A model generated the notes under the pieces. It made no database searches and was not told the origin of the DNA. It worked only from the letters and a program-made list of their open reading frames with translations. A program made the translations under genes and the position numbers. Shown here one piece after another: positions 30,837-41,844 of a stretch of DNA of 64,000 nt. The stretch is taken from the IMG/VR virus record IMGVR_UViG_3300029859_000151; one strand, written 5' to 3'. Every line of letters starts with the position of its first letter. Position 1 is the first letter of the stretch. This DNA is from a virus. Its lineage: Duplodnaviria; Heunggongvirae; Uroviricota; Caudoviricetes.

Positions 30837-33249
30837 ATGCATGATATGCAATTCTCAAAATATTCTTGTGACATAAGAGAGATCTTATCAAAAGTGGACC
30901 AGGAAGGACTTGAAAATCTTGTACGGAATGCAGTCGCTTATGCACAAAGTAATAATCGTAGTAAGACAAATTGGATAGCTCAGGAATTATTTATTGATGT
31001 AATTCCTGACGAATTGATTGCAGAGATTTTTAATGAAAAGTAAACGGATATTTCAAGCGGAGGTAGGGATAAGTATGGAATTTTTAGTACAATATGCTAT
31101 TGAAGGAAGTGAAAAAATTATAAACAAGATTGTAAATTCTTGTTGGATTATTAAAGCAACAAATGAAAGCGATTTTAATGGAATTGAAGAAATGCATGTG
31201 TTTGATGTAACAGATCTTGGAAAAATCAAACCATTGCATTACAGAGGATGGCAACCAGGATGCTTAATTGAATATGTAGACGATAAAAACAATGTAGTTA
31301 TTCATGGATATGGAACAGACCATTAAATTTGCATTTCTTTAGAAAGAAAGGAAAGAAAACGATGAACGAATACATTAAAGAAATTGAACAAATTGCGGCT
31401 AAATGCACAGAAAGTCAATCTGATGGATATTCACAAATTATGAGAATTTGTGATGCAATGAGAGAACAACAGAAATCTTGTTTAGGATATATTTCTAAAG
31501 AAGAGATTGCATCACCTCAATTTGATTAAACTTAAAACTAAAAAATGTCAGCTATTGAAAAGTCAAAAGTGAAAGGAACGAAAGAAAAATGAAATATAAA
31601 AGACAGCTAAGATGTATAAAGGATTATGATGAAGATTTGACAGGGAATGATGATTTCGCTACAGTTTGGACTGCTGGTAAAGTATATGAAGCAGTTAAGC
31701 ACCATAATGGAACATATACAGTCGAAACAAACATGGGCACAAAGGGAATTATTGGTGCTAAATATTCATGTACGCCAGATTATTTTGAAGAAGCGGACAC
31801 AAACTAAATGAGTATTTTAAACGGAAAGGATGTGCGATTATATGAGAGATGCACATAAAGAGTTAGTTATGAAAATGGCAATACAGGAATATAGAAATTC
31901 TGTTCTGTTTGGGTTTAGTAGAAGTACGGCACATGCCATAAATATGATGGAAAATGCTTACATTATGTGTTCAGGTAATATTGAAGGTATAGAAGAACTT
32001 AGAAGAACCATACAAGAGGCAAAAGAGAAATATAAAAAGGAATTAGGTAACTAAATTCGCATTTACTTGGGAAACGGAGGATGTATGTTAGTAGCAAAAA
32101 TTTATGAAGAAGACCATGTATTTAAAAATGCAGGCGATGCAATTAAATATATGCACGAAACAAATTTTAAATATGAAGTTGCTGTATATGATATAAATGC
32201 TGATAAGGCATATGAAAAAACAAAGGAAATCTATGCGGCTATTAAAGAGTATAACAAGGGAAAAGAATTGAATGAACAAATATTACCAAGTTATCCATTT
32301 GCGTATAGAGGTATTATTGGCTGTCTTGGTGTTCAGTGTTACTCAATATCAATTGGAACTTACGAAAGAAATAGAGAGTGCATAACGTTATTTACTGCTG
32401 GATGGAATGATAATGTTTTGGATACTTCTACAGAGAAATCAAATATAAGGCCAGGATTAAAGGCTCTGGCTTCAATGGGTTTGATGGCTGGAATGCTATG
32501 ATGAATCGATGATTTACTTAGAAAAGATGTGAATGTATAAGTATAAGGCAACAGTTATTGAAATTATTGATAATTTGAAATGGGAAATTGCAGACTAAAT
32601 GGATATTTCAAAATGAAAGGCAAGGTAAATATATGAGTAAACATACAATTACAATTGCAGAAGTAAACAAGCTTATGGAAAAGGGAGTGTCAACATTCTC
32701 GCTAAAAGACGATTCACCGAGAGGATGCAAAACAGTGCCGGTAAGTGAAATCAAAGTTGGAGACGAAATAGTAATTGATAACTATTTTGCGGAGGTTATA
32801 GAGTAACTGGATATCCAACAAGGAGGTAGCTAAAATGAATTTTAGACAATACAAAAAGAAATTGTTTCATAAGACCATGAAACATGGTGGTTGGAGAAAA
32901 TATAAAAAGACAATGAAAGAAGCTGGATTGTGGAAAGGCAGCGAAAGAAATAGAAAATTAAATAAAATTAAATTAATAAATGTGGGTTTCCTTACAGGAA
33001 AAGGTAGATAAAATTATGGATGATAGAAATTATGAAATTACAAATAAATTGAATGACGTGTTAAATAATGTAAAAGGATTTGATGCGGCAATGTCGAATC
33101 CGAGACAAGGCAAAATGTTGGTACGTTACAATGGTATTAGTTTCTATATAACCATAGAACCAGTGTTTAATGATAATACAGAAGGAAAGAAAGCTGATAG
33201 CAAATCTTTTGAGGAAGTAATTAAAACACATAATTGGATTTGGGAATAA
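30837..33249 (+). other. Run of ~9 small hypothetical CDS (30837-31043, 31075-31326, 31362-31529, 31589-31807, 31842-32054, 32085-32501, 32633-32806, short ORF from 32835, 33016-33249)
   Basis: Each has own RBS; most separated by a junction site. Confidence 0.6.
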
Positions 33250-33270
33250 ACAAAATAATATAAAACGCAT

Positions 33271-33400
33271 AAGCGGTCAGGAGAATATTCTCCCGGCCGC
33301 TTATTTATTTTGCTCTTTTCTTAATATTTTTATTTTCTGACATATTGAATATGAATATCAAAAATGGATTTAGCAAAAATCCAAATATTTATGAAAAATG
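33271..33400 (+). repeat. Terminator-motif-leader repeat unit (copy 2)
   Basis: 33271-33346 nearly identical to 37777-37851. Confidence 0.85.
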
Positions 33401-33448
33401 GAGAAAAAAAGAATGGAGAAATTAAGAGATTAGAAAGGATTGATATAT

Positions 33449-35164
33449 ATGGGTAATTTGAAAAAATTTGTAGGAGATTATGCGTATTCTTATATTAAAA
33501 ACATTGCAGTAGATCAAGAAAAACTTCGCAAAGCATTAGTAACACCACAGAATGCAAGGAATGTATTTTCTGAATTAGATGAGTTCCAAATAAAGTCAAT
33601 CTGTGCTGAAATAAGTGCAAATGATACCTTTGGAACAATAAGAGAAACTACGCAGGAAGAAATCATTGAAGATTTTAAGAAGGCTGGATATGACACCGTA
33701 ATTTTTGATGATGAAGAGAGAATAGCAGAATGCAAAAAGTATTATGCAGCAGGAGAAGTAATTTGCACTTATAATAATCTTTCTGGTCGTATGAGTCAGT
33801 ATCATATGTTGGTTACAATAAAGAAAGATATTGACAAAATACAGAGAAGTAAAACCCCCCAAAGGGAAGATGAGTATGGAACTTCTATTCTTAATATTCA
33901 GATAGCAAAAAACGGAAGCCATATGTCTATTAAGAACCGCTATAATCACACTGTAAGCGAATGCGATAGTACACTTAATAATAACCTAGATTTGTTGGTT
34001 CCTGGATTACAGGCAAAGGTACTTGGATATTATAACATAGCTTCTCTTAATAAGAATAAAACCTATTATAGAAGCATCGCTAAAATAAACGGAGTTTATC
34101 TAAAATATGTCACGGAAGTTGAAAATGTGTATTTTGGCAACTTTGTCCTTGATAGTAAAAACGGAGTAAGATTTGCAGATAATGGAAGATATTATGTGAA
34201 TACTGATCGTGATAATCTTTGTGTTCTTGATTTTCATGATAAAAAAGTAATCAAACTTTTTAATGAGAGAAATCAAATTGGCAAGGGAGCTTTACTGACA
34301 AGGGCAATGAAAGAGAATTTGCTGCATAGTGGTAACAAAGAGCATATAGATGAACTTAATATTGTTTTTGACAATGCTCTGAAAGAGTTATTACAGTGTA
34401 GAAGAAAAGCATTACAATTCCTCGCTTGTTGTTATGGTTACGATTTTCAAAAGCCATTCAGGGTAACTGGTCTACTTGGAAAATTTACAGCTAATAGTAT
34501 TCAAAAGATGACAGGAAGTTATGACGGAATATTGTTGGTTTGTAAAGGAACAGAGGTTCGTTGTGTTGAATTAAACACAGGAAAGTTTGAAATAGAAATA
34601 CCAAGAGACAAATATAAATATTCAATCGTTGAATATTATAGAAAAAGTGACTTTGAGGAAGATAGAAAAAGCGGAAAACTTGGAGTGTTTATCATTCAGC
34701 AAGATGCAAAATATAAAAGGGAAGTAAAAAGAACTTCTAGTTCTTACTATTATTATGGTAATAGCAACTCAGATGAATTTGATAAAAGTGGTTGTAATAT
34801 CACAGAAGCAAGACAAGCGTTAGAATATCGTCTTAATACCTATAAAGCAGACAAGCGAAAAAGAGAGGTTGATTCGATTAGTTACGAAACAGATCTGAAA
34901 GAGATTAAGGAAATGTTTCAGACATTAAAAGAAAAGCTTCTTGTTAAGTTAAGCGAGGCAAAAACTAGCGAAGATTATCGAGATATTGAGAACATATTTG
35001 ATTATCGTTTTGTACGGATGGTAAGTGATATAGAAAAATTCGAGAATAAAGTTACGCAAAATAATTTCCGTACCATAGAAGAAGCAACTAATAGTATTAA
35101 AAGTTTAAAGGAACAAATTGAAGTGAAAATAAAAAAGATAGACGGAAAAGAGGATGTTGATTGA
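33449..35164 (+). CDS. Large hypothetical protein
   Basis: Open frame; distinctive PQREDEYGTS...SIKNRYNHTV...NNNLD block; coiled-coil C-terminus. Confidence 0.7.
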   Translation: MGNLKKFVGDYAYSYIKNIAVDQEKLRKALVTPQNARNVFSELDEFQIKSICAEISANDTFGTIRETTQEEIIEDFKKAGYDTVIFDDEERIAECKKYYAAGEVICTYNNLSGRMSQYHMLVTIKKDIDKIQRSKTPQREDEYGTSILNIQIAKNGSHMSIKNRYNHTVSECDSTLNNNLDLLVPGLQAKVLGYYNIASLNKNKTYYRSIAKINGVYLKYVTEVENVYFGNFVLDSKNGVRFADNGRYYVNTDRDNLCVLDFHDKKVIKLFNERNQIGKGALLTRAMKENLLHSGNKEHIDELNIVFDNALKELLQCRRKALQFLACCYGYDFQKPFRVTGLLGKFTANSIQKMTGSYDGILLVCKGTEVRCVELNTGKFEIEIPRDKYKYSIVEYYRKSDFEEDRKSGKLGVFIIQQDAKYKREVKRTSSSYYYYGNSNSDEFDKSGCNITEARQALEYRLNTYKADKRKREVDSISYETDLKEIKEMFQTLKEKLLVKLSEAKTSEDYRDIENIFDYRFVRMVSDIEKFENKVTQNNFRTIEEATNSIKSLKEQIEVKIKKIDGKEDVD

Positions 35165-35165
35165 T

Positions 35166-35399
35166 ATGCAGAAAACATTAATGGAAATGCTGATTGAAGC
35201 AGGTTATCCGAAAGAAGAAATGTATCATCCTTCGTATGGATCTGATTTGTATGTATATGTAACACCGCTTACAACAAAGGTAATTGAAGAATGGTGTAAG
35301 GCGCATGATTACAGAATGGCTTGGCATTGTCCTACATTTAAAGACCAGATAACAAGCAAAATGATGTATGATTGTGCGTTTCAGTGGTATGAAAATTAG
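35166..35399 (+). CDS. Small hypothetical protein
   Basis: GAGG RBS; SDLYVYVTP motif. Confidence 0.55.
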   Translation: MQKTLMEMLIEAGYPKEEMYHPSYGSDLYVYVTPLTTKVIEEWCKAHDYRMAWHCPTFKDQITSKMMYDCAFQWYEN

Positions 35400-35571
35400 C
35401 AGATAGGAATGTAGTTATATGACAAAACAAATATGTATCTTGAATCATTAGCGAACAATTCAAATACTGTGAATGCAATTCTTTTAGATGATGAAATTGA
35501 AAAAGCAGGATATAAGAAAGTAGTAGCTGATTGTGAGTCTGGTTGGTATGGAAGATAATAGAAGTAAAAAC

Positions 35572-35778
35572 AAAAAGCGGTTAGATAATATCTGACCGCT
35601 TTTGTTTTGTTATATATTTTTATTTTCTGACATATTAAAAATGAATATTAAAAATGAGTTTTACGAAAGCTCAAATAATTATGAAAAAGGGAGAATGAAT
35701 TATGAAAAGAATAAATTGCATAAAAGAAAGGATGTTGTTAGGCGCCGGTTAGTAGCTGAAAGAGATTATTATGTGGAT
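35572..35778 (+). repeat. Terminator-motif-leader repeat unit (copy 3)
   Basis: 35617-35778 near-identical (about 5 mismatches by eye) to 37832-37993. Confidence 0.9.
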
Positions 35779-35806
35779 AATTCATAAAGAAAATGGAGGA
35801 ACAGAT

Positions 35807-35986
35807 ATGGAATTTACAGAAATGGATGAAGTAAGAGTAAGAACCTATGGTGGCGCTATTGGCACTATTGAAAGGGTTATATATGAAATGGTAGATAGTA
35901 AAGAAACGGATAATGTATATTGCTATGAAATGGAAATCAATGGAAAACATGGGATTATTGTTTATCCAGATGAGATCGATGAGTAA
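35807..35986 (+). CDS. Small hypothetical protein
   Basis: GGAGG RBS. Confidence 0.55.
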   Translation: MEFTEMDEVRVRTYGGAIGTIERVIYEMVDSKETDNVYCYEMEINGKHGIIVYPDEIDE

Positions 35987-36022
35987 ATGCGTATTTCATT
36001 GGAAGAAAGGATAGGTAAAATT

Positions 36023-36757
36023 ATGAATAGAACAAGACGATTTAAAGCATTAAACGGTGCAAGGGGAGAGTATTCAAGAATTGTAGATAAGATTGCAATT
36101 TATGACGAGAATGGGAAGCAGGTTGATTGTTGTGTTATTCAAACAGATGATGACGGAAGAGAATATTATTGCCCGTCAAATCCGCATGACAAATTTGGAT
36201 TGTTTGCAGACAAGCCAAAGGATGCTATTGAGTGTATTAGAAATGGGCTTGGCGATGGTTTTCAGCAGTCAAAGTTGTTTGGTTTTACAATGGAACATGT
36301 TGTGCGGTTTATTGATAGAGAATACGGAGAAGAAATCAGACGTAAAACGATTGAAGGCTGGAAAGATACTAAATTCGCCTATGGTGTTAAATTTTCATAT
36401 CTTAACTCATTTAGTAGTGGAAGGCTTGTAATGAAAAATAAAACGCTGATGGGTTGGGATGATGACACAAAAGATGTACTATCTTTTGATAATGAAGAAG
36501 ATGCAACTTTATTTATTAAGAAAGTAAATGAAAAGGCAAGTAATTATTGCGAAGAATATGGTGCTTTAAAGAGAACAGGAGACAATGATTGGGATTACGA
36601 ACACATATTCAAGCCATTTTTCAACAGGATTGAAGGAAGGAGAGAATATGGAAGAAGTTCGGTTTATTGGAATGCTTTTCGTGGATTACATGAAGAAAGG
36701 GAAAATGGTAAAGCTAATTACGAAATGGAAGTAGTCCAGATTGTAAAAGTAGAGTAA
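36023..36757 (+). CDS. Hypothetical protein
   Basis: Bounded by junction sites 35984 and 36755. Confidence 0.65.
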   Translation: MNRTRRFKALNGARGEYSRIVDKIAIYDENGKQVDCCVIQTDDDGREYYCPSNPHDKFGLFADKPKDAIECIRNGLGDGFQQSKLFGFTMEHVVRFIDREYGEEIRRKTIEGWKDTKFAYGVKFSYLNSFSSGRLVMKNKTLMGWDDDTKDVLSFDNEEDATLFIKKVNEKASNYCEEYGALKRTGDNDWDYEHIFKPFFNRIEGRREYGRSSVYWNAFRGLHEERENGKANYEMEVVQIVKVE

Positions 36758-36791
36758 ATTCGCATTTACTAGGAAATGGAGGATAACAGAC

Positions 36792-37310
36792 ATGATTTAT
36801 AAATATAAGTGTGGAAATGAAATAATTAGAGTATTTGTATGGGATGATGATTTCCATAATGAAGTATCAGTTGAAGATACAAAAACACAGAAATCATATG
36901 ATCGTACAATCAGAGAAGATGAAAATGGAAAGTTCTTTACTTGGAATCGCAATAAAATTCATCTTAATGATTGGATTAAAATTTCTATGAAGGAGTTGAA
37001 AGAGAAAATCGAAAATGGAGAATGGGTTACTTCAGATGATTTATGCCAAGCAATTATGACTGATGGAATTGAAAATGTAAGATTTATTGTTCCATTGAAT
37101 ACAACCTGTGGTTTATTTTTCTTAAATGCAAATGAATTTAAAGACACAGTATGCAAGGTGGAAGAAAGATGGAATAGAGAAATTAAACAGAACTACAAAA
37201 TTGTTCTGATACAAGAGGAGCTGGATGAAAGTATTGCAAGTAGTTGTGATTATTATACGATTGATTTTGTGTCACTTATTAAAGAAGGATATATTAAAAT
37301 TGTAGCATAA
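36792..37310 (+). CDS. Hypothetical protein
   Basis: GGAGG RBS; bounded by junction sites. Confidence 0.65.
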   Translation: MIYKYKCGNEIIRVFVWDDDFHNEVSVEDTKTQKSYDRTIREDENGKFFTWNRNKIHLNDWIKISMKELKEKIENGEWVTSDDLCQAIMTDGIENVRFIVPLNTTCGLFFLNANEFKDTVCKVEERWNREIKQNYKIVLIQEELDESIASSCDYYTIDFVSLIKEGYIKIVA

Positions 37311-37352
37311 AGTCAAAGTAAACTAAGATTTACAGGGAAAAGGAGTGATAAT

Positions 37353-37565
37353 ATGTGGAATACACCACATTCAAAAACAGGATGGAATTTAGGAACAGAA
37401 GATGAATCTACAGAATATTTTACACTAAATGGTGTAACTTGTTATCATGATTTATTAACAGATAAATATTATGCTTTTCTTGGAATAACAAGTGATAAAA
37501 AAGTAGAATTTGAAACGAGAGAGGCTTTGCGAAAAGGAGTGGAAAACAAAAATGGCAGATATTGA
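37353..37565 (+). CDS. Small hypothetical protein
   Basis: AAGGAG RBS. Confidence 0.55.
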   Translation: MWNTPHSKTGWNLGTEDESTEYFTLNGVTCYHDLLTDKYYAFLGITSDKKVEFETREALRKGVENKNGRY

Positions 37566-37767
37566 AAAACAGAAAGAGGGCGCACGGAACTTAAATGAAC
37601 TCACGGATCATCTGATTAAATTGCTTGAATCGGATGACAAGCGGTTCTCATTTGAATTTTGTGCAGGTGGCACAATGGAGATTTACGACAAAGAAAAAGA
37701 AATTGGTTATGCCGTTCACATTGCATCAATTGAATACGATGAAGATGGAAATGCAATAAATTTATAG
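37552..37767 (+). CDS. Small hypothetical protein
   Basis: AAGGAG RBS. Confidence 0.55.
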   Translation: MADIEKQKEGARNLNELTDHLIKLLESDDKRFSFEFCAGGTMEIYDKEKEIGYAVHIASIEYDEDGNAINL

Positions 37768-37774
37768 TAAACGC

Positions 37775-37993
37775 AAAAGCGGTCAGGAAAATATTTCCTG
37801 ACCGCTTATTTATTTTGCTCTTTCCTTAATATTTTTATTTTCTGACATATTAAAAATGAATATTAAAAATGAGTTTTACGAAAGCTCAAATAATTATGAA
37901 AAAGGGAGAATGAATTATGAAAAGAATAAATTGCATAAGAAAAAGGATGTTATTAGATGCCGGTTAGTAGCTGAAAGAGATTATTATGTGGAT
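37775..37993 (+). repeat. Terminator-motif-leader repeat unit (copy 4)
   Basis: AAGCGGTCAGGAAAATATTTCCTGACCGCTT hairpin + motif + leader shared with copies 2 and 3. Confidence 0.9.
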
Positions 37994-38053
37994 GAATCGA
38001 CAAGATGTACAGACAGTGATGGAGATGATTATTATACAGAAAGGAAAAATAAA

Positions 38054-38242
38054 ATGGAAGAAAGATATTATGTGAAGATTGGTAATTGTTATGTAGCGTT
38101 TCTTGGAATATGGCATGAGCCAATGATGAAGAGTGATTATCATAAGGCGACACCATTTATAACAGAAGCAGACGCTAGAGAAGAAGCAAAAAGACGCTGT
38201 GCAAAACCATTTAAAGTAGTAAAGAAGTCTTTTGTAAAATAG
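38054..38242 (+). CDS. Small hypothetical protein
   Basis: GAAAGGA RBS; in frame with upstream leader ORF. Confidence 0.5.
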   Translation: MEERYYVKIGNCYVAFLGIWHEPMMKSDYHKATPFITEADAREEAKRRCAKPFKVVKKSFVK

Positions 38243-38265
38243 ATTTTCAATGTGAAAGGTGAAGG

Positions 38266-38727
38266 GTGAATAATATGAAAATGGATAAAAATGATGTAAA
38301 TTATGATTTTTCTGATAGAGGACAAGTAGTAGAAATCGAAATTACTGAAGAGCCGGTCGGTATATTTGCCGATGTAAGATTTGCTTACGGCGCTAATGTA
38401 ATAGGTTTCTGGAATGAGACAAATTTCAGAAAAGAAATTATGGGGAAGTGTGATGGGTATACGTTATGGAAGGATAACAGGGTAAAAGGTAATGGATGCA
38501 AAGGAATGAGTGAAGTGTGTAAAGCAGTTAAATTGTTGCGACCGTTACTGGAAGGACTTGCAGAAGACAGAGAGGAAATTGTAGATGTATTTGCAGTAAC
38601 AGATACTGTTAGAGGCGATCTGATTATAGTAAGAATTAACGGGGTACAGTATGAGGTCAATGTAACCGCTGAAAATGTACGGTCAATTGTACGATCGGTT
38701 GTAAATAAGGTTGCATTGAAGTTATAA
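38266..38727 (+). CDS. Hypothetical protein
   Basis: Bounded by junction sites 38235 and 38729. Confidence 0.65.
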   Translation: MNNMKMDKNDVNYDFSDRGQVVEIEITEEPVGIFADVRFAYGANVIGFWNETNFRKEIMGKCDGYTLWKDNRVKGNGCKGMSEVCKAVKLLRPLLEGLAEDREEIVDVFAVTDTVRGDLIIVRINGVQYEVNVTAENVRSIVRSVVNKVALKL

Positions 38728-38766
38728 GTAAATGGATATTTCATAAGGAAAGGAAAGATAGCGAAT

Positions 38767-39992
38767 ATGGAAATTAAAACATTAACAACATTAGAAGAAT
38801 TAGAAAGTTTAGGTTCAGCTCTTACAATGGAGGGACTTGCAGAAGATTCAATATCTGAATTTATTGATTGGGTAAAACAGTATACACCAATGAAAAGTGA
38901 AACGGCTTATATTATCAAAGGAAAAACAATGAATGATGTGTATATGTTAACTGGAAATAATAAATATCCAGATGATTGCACGATTGTTTCAATTAAGCTT
39001 GAAGATATGGAAAATAGTATGGCTATAGTTATGCCACGATTCCATATTGGCGCAAGATGGTTTGATGACATTGTTATGAATAATGCAGCAAGGGAGAAGT
39101 AAAAATGCGTGTTTCTTTGGAAAGGAAGGTAAAAGCTATGGAAATTTATAAAGTAAATTTAAAAATTGATACTGGATATGATTGGCATCACGGAGTTTGC
39201 GTTTTGTATGCAGATAATGAGGAGGATGCTAAAACTAAGGCTGATAAATATTTTAATAGCCGATTGCATGGTGAGAATTTCGCATATGTAGAAAATGTAG
39301 TAAAAATTAAAGAAAACGATTTAGGTTTAGGTATTATTTATCAGGATTATTTTAAAACGGAGTAAGTTCACATTTACTTGGGAATTGAAATAATATGAAG
39401 TTAGAAAGGATGATAAATATGGCTTATATGTTAGGAAGATTAATTTCATGGAATGTGAAATTTGAAAAAGTAGATAGCCTAACTGTAAGAGTATATGGAA
39501 ACTTTGATGGATTTTCTGTAGTTAGAGAATGTAAACAGGATAATTATATTGAAGTAGACGGAAGACTTATGGATTATGAGGATTTTGAAAATTGGATTTA
39601 TGAAATAAAAAAATAGCTATTGAAACTAAGATTTACAGAGATTGGAGTGATATAAAATGATTGGAAACAGATATGAATTAAAAAGAAATGAAAAAGAGTT
39701 ACGAGAAATTGAAAAGGACTTGGCTGAATATCTTAAAGTCCCATTTGTAAGATGTAGTTATGATGATGTAAATAGTCATAAATACAAAGATAAGCATGAA
39801 GTTGAGTACAGAAAGAAAGAGGCAAAAGAATTTGGTTTGTGGGGCATGTGTGACTACATTATCAACTATGAGAAGTACGCAACATTAGAAGATTACAATA
39901 TGAATGACGGAGGATATGACGGAGAAGTATATGAACTGTTATATCTTAAAGGCAACGGAAATTATATTGTGATTACAGAATGTGCAGAGTAA
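38767..39992 (+). other. Four small hypothetical CDS (38767-39102, 39138-39365, 39395-39616, 39657-39992)
   Basis: Each preceded by a junction site. Confidence 0.6.
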
Positions 39993-40006
39993 AGGAGTGG
40001 TTGAAG

Positions 40007-40231
40007 ATGTTAAATACAAATGATTCTCAGGTAAAATTAGAAAGATATTATTCAGACTGTGTACGATTTTAGAGTAAACAGAAAGATGTAAACGATGAAA
40101 AAGAGGCTATCAGAAGGGCGTTGGAATATGCCATTGATAACCATCTGTTTGAGGAAGATGGAGATGAAAAGTATGTTGATTATGTAGAAGAAATTGACGA
40201 AGAAGATTATCACGATGCAACAGGCAAATAA
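40007..40231 (+). pseudogene. Small gene with in-frame premature TAG
   Basis: AAGGAG RBS, ATG 40007, TAG at 40070-40072, same frame continues to TAA 40229-40231. Confidence 0.6.
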
Positions 40232-40267
40232 ACTAAGATTTCCTGATAAGATTGGAGGTTGGTTTCT

Positions 40268-41122
40268 ATGATTTTAGAAAAATGGGATGAAGAAGCGAAA
40301 GAGATAGTAAAAGGCTTTTCTAATAAGGAAATGGAAAGGCTTGATGCAATCATTGCAATGCATATTATGGTTTGCAATATTAATGATGAAGGAGCTTATA
40401 TGACATGGATATATGTTGTTCCGGATTGTCCCACTGAATGGGATTTTATTGATTTTGCAAAGAATGATGAAGGAACAACAGAAAATGCTTTATTCAATGA
40501 AGCTGCTGAATTATTTAAGAAGTTATGGAAGAATTACGCAGCTAAAAAGAATGGATTATATATTGGTGGAGAATTATATTGATGTTTAGTAACGGCAAAT
40601 GAGCAAATGAGTTTTAATAGAAGCAGAATACGTGTTTTATTAGAAAGGGAATATTAAATATGAATAATGTTTTTGTGATTGATAAAGCAACAAAATGTAA
40701 CTTGGGCTTAATTGATTTTATCCCACGGAAAGATGATAGAATTTCAATGAAGGCATCAGAGTGGAAAGAAGTAGAAGTAACAGTAGAATGTGTGTTATAT
40801 GAGCCATTAGAGCATGCAGTACTAGTTTTTGTAAACATCACTGAACCTTGCTATACGCCATTAGTAAAGTCCATTAAATGGTGATTAACTTCGTATTTTA
40901 AAAGCAGAAGAAGGAAAGAAGGATATGGAAAAAGAAAAAATAAAATTTATACATAATTCATTAGGTGAAGCAAAAGATTTTTCTAAAGAAGTGCGTCTAT
41001 ATTTATATGAAATTGAAAAGCAGCGACCTTTGACAGATACAGAAAAAGAACTATGGGAAAAAGCACGTAGAGTTCATATACGAACAGACGATTCGAGAAT
41101 GTTTATGATGTGTATTAAGTAG
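40268..41122 (+). other. Three small hypothetical CDS (40268-40582, 40660-40884, 40925-41122)
   Basis: RBS plus junction sites. Confidence 0.6.
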
Positions 41123-41355
41123 GTAAAAATAAAATGACAACAAAAATATATAAATTGCGAATATAAGTTATAAAATCGTAACGCATAAATGTAAAAACAG
41201 TTAGGGAAATAGACGCCTAACTGTTTTTTTGAAGATCTGACATATTATATATGTATTTAGAAATAAAAAAGAATAAGGGAGAAAATAAATATAAACTAAC
41301 TAAAATAAGAAATAATTTAAGACTAAATTGGAATTTTATAAAACGAGGAGTGCTT

Positions 41356-41733
41356 ATGATTAGGATCGAAAATAATAATGTTGCAATAACAAGAGATGGC
41401 TGCATGTATTTATACAAATTATTGAACGGGGAATATCAGATGTATGGACTATCAGGAGCCCCAACTAAAGAATATCAGAGATATTGGGATACTAATTTAC
41501 TAGCCAGAAGAGATGGTCCCTGGGAATGGCTTGCAGATAAGCCAAGAGATAAAGATATTATTTATCTTTTTGAGATAACTGATGAAATCAAATTCTTGGA
41601 TATAATTAGAGAAATTAAATATATGAAATATAACGATTTGTTTCATTACACAGATGCGAAATTTTGTAATTTAATTTTTGAAAGAATTGATGGGGTTATG
41701 GAACCTCATGAATCTAAAAAGAGGCATGTGTAA
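41356..41733 (+). CDS. Hypothetical protein
   Basis: GAGGAG RBS before ATG 41356. Confidence 0.6.
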   Translation: MIRIENNNVAITRDGCMYLYKLLNGEYQMYGLSGAPTKEYQRYWDTNLLARRDGPWEWLADKPRDKDIIYLFEITDEIKFLDIIREIKYMKYNDLFHYTDAKFCNLIFERIDGVMEPHESKKRHV

Positions 41734-41844
41734 TCAAAAAGATGACAGACCTTCATATTGCAAAGATTATGATAAATGTTTTTCGTTATACGATACTTAT
41801 GAAATTGGAGAATAAATAACTGTTTTTATCAAGAAAGGGGAAAC

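Noticed and set aside
35987..39137. Shared N-terminal peptides MRISLEER / MRVSLERK
   Set aside because: Artefact of ATG inside the junction site; RBS-supported starts are 36023 and 39138.
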